Shown one piece after another: positions 15,413 to 20,356 of a DNA stretch of 20,356 nt. This DNA comes from an uncultured Verrucomicrobiae bacterium (GTDB lineage: Bacteria > Verrucomicrobiota > Verrucomicrobiia > Limisphaerales > JAFGQR01): NCBI GenBank assembly GCA_963788655.1, contig CAWBHS010000016.1:1-20356 (forward strand), given 5' to 3'. Made by a program: the position numbers and the translations under genes. Every line of letters begins with the position of its first letter. Positions within the stretch are counted from its first letter, which is position 1. The notes beneath the pieces are model-generated. The model searched no databases and was not told the origin of the DNA. It saw nothing but the letters and a program-made list of their open reading frames with translations.

Positions 15413-17398
15413 ATGAATATCGCTCCCAGCCACCATTCGCGCAGGACATCGCCAAGAGCACTTCGCTGTTGGCGCCAATGCATTGTCCTGTCGTTCTCCA
15501 TTATGTTCGCCACGAGTCCGCTGGCGGGAGCGATCGTTTCCGAATCCCGACCCGCTGATCCAGCCTCAATCACGACTCTTGACGAGGCCGTCGCCCGCCT
15601 GGCGGTCAAAGCCAGAGGGATGATTCGGGCAAGCCGCCGGGAAATGCCGAACGGGGTCGCCGCGTTTCCCCCGCAAGTTGGCGGCGGGTATGAAGCATTT
15701 TGGCTGCGCGACTACGCGTATCAATTGGAGGGGTGTGCAGACGCCTTCAGCGCCAAGGAACTCACGGATGCGTGCCGGTTGTTCATCCAGGCCATGCGCG
15801 CGGATGGTGCGGGCGTGGATTGCGTCAAGTTCACTGGTCAACCGATCTACCAGCCGGGTTACGGCAGCATGGGCGCCAACCCGGTGGCCGACGGTTCCCA
15901 ATTCACCGTGGAAGTGGCGTGGTACACCTGGCAGCAAACCAAAGATATCGGCCTCCTCCGCGAAATCATTGACCGGCTCGTCCAGACCATGAAGGCCGTG
16001 TCCCGCAATCCCCAGACTGGCCTCGTCCACATCAAACCCGGCGGTTGGGACCGATGTCCTTACGGATTCACTGATACCGTCCGCAAGCAAGGCGACATCT
16101 TGTTTTGTTCACTGCTCTACGTGCAGGCGTGCCGGCAATTGGCTGACCTGCTGGCAGCAATCCAACGTCCCACGGAGGCCGCCAAATGGCGGAGCGAGGG
16201 TCTCCGGCTCGAAGCGGCGATTCGCGAAACCTTCTGGGACGGCCAGATTGGATTGTTCCGTGCGGCCACAATTCAATGCCGGCAACCGGATGTCTGGGGT
16301 TCGGCTTTTGCGGTTTACCTTGCGGTCGCCACCCCGGAACAAGCCCGGACCATTGCGAAATATTTTAAGGAACACTACGGCGAAATCGTCCAACGCGGGC
16401 AAATTCGCCATTTGCCGGGAGGCGTTTATTGGGAAGCCGCTGGTCCCAAGGATGCCTACCAAAACGGCGGCTACTGGGCCACGGCGACCGGCTGGTTTGT
16501 CAATACGCTGGACTTGGTCGATCCCAAACTGGCGGATCAAACCGTGATTGACATGGTCAATGATTTTCGAGAACGCGGCATCAGTGAATGGATTTTTGGG
16601 TCGCACTTGGCGGTCATGAACTACCTGGCCAGCGCGACCATGCCCTTGGCGGGTGTGCGCCGAATGCTGGCTCGGCGGGGCACTCCATTTCCGACACTGA
16701 AAGTTTCCGCTGAAGAACCGAACGGCCCGGACAATCTGGCTTATGTCGGCAACGGCGCCAAACCGGCCACCGCTTCGTCGGAATATCCCGATCCCAAACA
16801 CAAAGCCATCGGAGTGAACGATGGTCGCTACGGCAACACCAGTTGCTGGATCGCGAACCGCTCGCCGGCCTCGTTTCAAATCGAATTGGCTGCACCGGCC
16901 ACCATCGGATGCTTCAAGTTCGGCCGCGACCGCACCGGGCAATACCACGACCGGGCAGTGGAACATTTGCAAATCGAAGTCTCCCTCGACGGTCGGCAGT
17001 GGCAAGACGTGTTCGACAATCCTCACCTTTCGTCGGTCAAGAATTATGCCCCAAGCTCGACCGTGGACATTGAGGTTCCCGCCGTCAGAGCGATGTTTGT
17101 CAAAGTGACGGTGGCACCGAAGACTCCGAATATGCCGGCTGCCGGCGTGGATGAGTTTGAAATTTATGCGCCGGACCCAGGTACTGCCCAAAACGCTGCC
17201 GGCCATCAAAATGGAACCGTCCTGGTAGGCTGGGCAGGAGACACGTTTGGACCATGGTGGAACCAGAAGCAACTTCATGCTTGTCAGGGCTGGAGCCCTT
17301 ACGCAAAGTGTATACAGTATTATGATACGCGAACGTGGCCACACGTTTTACGTATCCCCGGCGAAGGGGAAAAGCAGTGTAATCATTCGGCCCTTTAG
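15413..17398 (+). CDS. Exported six-hairpin (alpha/alpha)6 glycosidase-like protein (amylo-alpha-1,6-glucosidase/GH63/GH100-like) with a discoidin-like domain; C-terminal tail possibly read-through
   Basis: Signal peptide (CIVLSFSIMFATSPLAGA). Motifs FWLRDYAY, ADGSQF, YGFTDTV, FCSLLYVQA, DVWGSA, YQNGGYW. Discoidin-like domain ~16733-17167 (NDGRYGNTSCW, FGRDRTGQYHDR, VDEFEIY). Confidence 0.7.
   Translation: MNIAPSHHSRRTSPRALRCWRQCIVLSFSIMFATSPLAGAIVSESRPADPASITTLDEAVARLAVKARGMIRASRREMPNGVAAFPPQVGGGYEAFWLRDYAYQLEGCADAFSAKELTDACRLFIQAMRADGAGVDCVKFTGQPIYQPGYGSMGANPVADGSQFTVEVAWYTWQQTKDIGLLREIIDRLVQTMKAVSRNPQTGLVHIKPGGWDRCPYGFTDTVRKQGDILFCSLLYVQACRQLADLLAAIQRPTEAAKWRSEGLRLEAAIRETFWDGQIGLFRAATIQCRQPDVWGSAFAVYLAVATPEQARTIAKYFKEHYGEIVQRGQIRHLPGGVYWEAAGPKDAYQNGGYWATATGWFVNTLDLVDPKLADQTVIDMVNDFRERGISEWIFGSHLAVMNYLASATMPLAGVRRMLARRGTPFPTLKVSAEEPNGPDNLAYVGNGAKPATASSEYPDPKHKAIGVNDGRYGNTSCWIANRSPASFQIELAAPATIGCFKFGRDRTGQYHDRAVEHLQIEVSLDGRQWQDVFDNPHLSSVKNYAPSSTVDIEVPAVRAMFVKVTVAPKTPNMPAAGVDEFEIYAPDPGTAQNAAGHQNGTVLVGWAGDTFGPWWNQKQLHACQGWSPYAKCIQYYDTRTWPHVLRIPGEGEKQCNHSAL
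17305..17326 (+). promoter_or_regulatory. Second TGTATACA operator copy with an adjacent -10-like TATGAT, upstream of the DUF1549/DUF1553 gene
   Basis: AAAGTGTATACA 17305-17316 is identical to 2715-2726. TATGAT at 17321-17326. AT-rich context about 175 nt before ATG17492. Confidence 0.5.
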
Positions 17399-17491
17399 AG
17401 ACGGTTGACCAAAATCCATAAAGGCCTGCGGCCCGGAAGGGGATACTTCGCCGCAGAATACATAAGCATGCATAACATAGAAAATTACTTT

Positions 17492-20356
17492 ATGACAGCA
17501 GACAAGCGGTCTTGTGTTCAGGTTGCGTCGAGATTGTTCGCCCGCACTTGCTGGCTACCATTGATCGCGTTTCTTCCCGGGGTGACGTTGTGTCCCGCGG
17601 GTGAACTCAGCCCGCTACCTGTCCCGGCGGCGCACACGGTTGATTTCGCCAAGGACATTCAACCGATTTTCGCGGCGAACTGCTACAAATGCCACGGGCC
17701 GGACAAGCAGCGCAGCGGCTTTCGCTTGGATCGCAAGGACATTGCCTTGAAAGGAGGCGACAATTACCACCCGGCGATCAAGCCTGGCCACAGTGCGGAG
17801 AGTCCGCTCATTCAATTGGTCGCGGGACTCGTGGAGGATATGCGCATGCCGCCGAGAGGGCAGCCCTTGAGCGCGGAAAGTATTGGACTGCTCCGGGCTT
17901 GGATCGACCAGGGTGCGCCCTGGCCGGAGGCGGAAGCCGCCGGGTTGCCCGAGAAACGCCATTGGGCGTTCCAACCGGTAACGCGGGGTCTTGTGCCTTA
18001 TTCGGTTTATCCGGGACGCGACGAGATTGATCGATTCATAGGAGCGACTTTGGCGGGGAAGCAACTGGCGCCGTCTCCCGAAGCGGACCGGCGTACTTTG
18101 ATCCGGCGGCTTTACTTTGATCTGTTGGGATTGCCGCCGACGCCGGAGCAAGTCGAGGCGTTTCAAGCGGATGCCAGCCCCAACGCTTATGCGCAGCTTG
18201 TCGAGCGGTTGCTGGCGTCGCCCCATTACGGTGAGCGCTGGGCCCGGCATTGGCTGGATATCGTGCGCTTCGCGGAAACCACCGGCTTCGAAATGAACCT
18301 GCCACGGCCCAATGCCTGGCCGTATCGCGACTACGTCATCCGCGCTTTCAACGAAGACAAGCCGTACGATCGTTTTGTCCTGGAGCAACTGGCGGGTGAC
18401 GCCGTGGGTGAAGACGCCGCCACCGGATTCCTCGTGGCCGGCCCGGATGATAAGGTCAAGAGTCCGGATCCGGTTCTGACCGCCAACCAACGCGCCAACG
18501 AACTGAACGACATCATCAGCACTACCAGCAGCACCTTTCTCGGGCTGACGGTCGGCTGCGCCCGCTGTCACAACCACAAATTCGATCCCATCCCGCAGCG
18601 CGAATACTATACGATGAAGGCGATCTTCGAAGGCGTCAAACATGGTGATCGCCCAATGCAGACGACCGATGCCGCCGCCCAGGACAAGGAACTGGCCGAG
18701 TGCCGCCGGCAATTGGCGGTGATCGACGCGACGCTGGCCGAATTTGAACCATTAGCCATGCCGGCGGCGAAGGAACCCAGGCGTGCGCTAGTGGATCCCC
18801 GACGGAACATTGATCGATTTGCGGCGACTTCGGCGAAGCGGCTGCGCTTCACCATCAGCCAGACCACCGGTGCCGAACCGTGTCTCGACGAACTGGAGGT
18901 GTACACCACTGAATCGTCCCCGCGAAATATTGCGCTCGCCTCTGCCGGCACCCAGGCGCGGGCTTCCAGCGTGTATCCGAATTCTGATCTCCACCGCCTT
19001 GAGCATATAAATGACGGGCGCTACGGCAACGGCCGAAGTTGGATTTCCAATGAACGCGGTCAAGGTTGGGTTGAACTCGAGTTTCCAAAGGTGGTGTCCA
19101 TTGACCGGGTCGTTTGGGGCCGTGACCGCGAACAGAAATACCGTGATCGTCTGGCCACCGAATATCGCATTGAAGTTGCCACTGGCTCTAACGACTGGCG
19201 CTTGGTCGCTTCCTCGGCTGATCGGCAGCCTTACGTCGCCGACCGCAAACCGGAGGAGTCGTTCGGCTTGGCTGGCTTGGCTCCCGAAGCAGCCGGGCGG
19301 GCGAAAAAGCTGTTGGAGGACCGAGCCAGGCAGGAGACCCGCATTGCGGAATTAAGTCGGACTCCGATGGTTTATGCGGGCGTGTTCGACGCGCAACCGG
19401 TGCCGACGCACCGTTTGTACCGCGGCGATCCGATGGCGGAGCGCGAAGTGGTTGAACCCGGTGCGCTGGGTTTGGTGCCGGTGAAGTACCAAGTCGGCAA
19501 GCTGGAGCCGAAAACCGGTTCGCTCACCGAAGACCAACGCCGCCGGTTGGCGCTGGCCCGGTGGATCATCGATCCAGCCAATCCGCTCACAGCGCGGGTC
19601 ATGGTGAACCGGATTTGGCAATACCACTTTGGCCAGGGATTGGTGAGCACCCCGAGCGACTTCGGCGCCAATGGGGCTGCGCCCACACATCCCGACTGCT
19701 CGATTGGCTGGCCGCCGAATTCATGGCGCGCGGTTGGAGCATTAAGGACATTCAGCGGCTGATCGTCAATTCGGCAACCTATCGGCAGGCCAGCGCCTCC
19801 CGGCCTGAATGCCTGGCCGTGGACGCCGGCTCTCGACTGCTCTGGCGTTTTCCTCCGCGCCGCCTCGATGCCGAGCCGATTCGTGATCTGATTTTGGCCG
19901 TCAGCGGGAAGCTCGATCTTCGCCTGGGCGGGCCGGGTTTTAGCGTATTCGAGCCCAATGACAATACGTCCGAGTTTATGTTCCGAAGCAGGAATTTGGT
20001 CCCGCCGAATGGCGACGAATGGTTTATGCCACGGTCTTCCGGCAGCGTCCAGATGGTGTGTTCGGTGCGTTTGATTGTCCGGACGGCGGCCAGATCCCCC
20101 CAAGCGCACGCGCTCGACTACCCCGTTGCAGGCCTTGAACCTCATGAATAGTCGTTTCATCACTCAACAAGCGGGATTCCTGGCGGAACGACTTCGAAAG
20201 GAAGCCGGGCCGGATCCTTCCGGCGAGGTGCAACGGGCCTTCAGTCTGGCGTTCAACCGTCATCCCGATGTGGAAGAACTCTCGGCCGCAACCAGGTTGA
20301 TCAGCGCACATGGATTACCCGCGTTTTGCCGGGCGCTTTTTAATGCAAACGAACTG
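17492..20356 (+). CDS. Planctomycete-type cytochrome c / DUF1549 (PSCyt2) / DUF1553 (PSD1) protein with a discoidin-like insert; three 1-nt frameshifts; partial at the right edge
   Basis: [28 protein letters not shown] (cytochrome c domain). [43 protein letters not shown] (DUF1549). [30 protein letters not shown] (DUF1553). Adding one base at each of ~19695, ~19964 and 20096-20101 restores THPxLLDWLA, FEPNDNYVRVY..RRMVY..FDCPDG and [27 protein letters not shown]. Alternative starts at 17468 (ATG) and 17405 (TTG). Confidence 0.85.

Noticed and set aside
17360..17456. Resemblance of AAAGGCCTGCGGCC to the c-di-GMP-I riboswitch
   Set aside because: The GGCAAA/GAAA tetraloop and receptor elements are not convincingly present. 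Kept only as an unclassified structured leader.
19561..20151. Separate 196-aa gene
   Set aside because: It is a frameshifted middle segment of the DUF1553 domain, not an independent CDS.

Overview
GC-rich, all-plus-strand, gene-dense bacterial locus. Gene content suggests a PVC-superphylum organism, most likely Verrucomicrobiota (inference from lamin-tail/CotH giant proteins, a C-terminal 'RF(Y/F)RV' tail and a DUF1549/DUF1553 cytochrome c protein). Order: partial CDS; secreted beta-helix enzyme; truncated GH2-like remnant; promoter with a TGTATACA operator; Ldh_2-family dehydrogenase; RhaT-family sugar/H+ symporter; ~2360-aa lamin-tail/CotH-kinase protein; LamG-like protein with three tandem ~200-aa repeats; six-hairpin glycosidase-like protein; second TGTATACA operator; DUF1549/DUF1553 cytochrome c protein running off the right end. 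The main signal is one discoidin-like module (motifs NDGxYGNxxSW, [WF][GS]RD..DR, DE[IL]E[VI]) present seven times across four consecutive exported proteins. It occurs as tandem repeats, as a domain nested inside other domains, and as a circular permutant. With the shared operator, this suggests a co-regulated glycan capture/processing system lacking SusC/D genes in this window. Several single-base frameshifts (~311-316, ~12780, ~19695, ~19964, ~20096-20101) may be assembly errors. No RNA genes, CRISPR arrays or mobile elements were recognised. All family calls come from visual motif recognition, not database searches.
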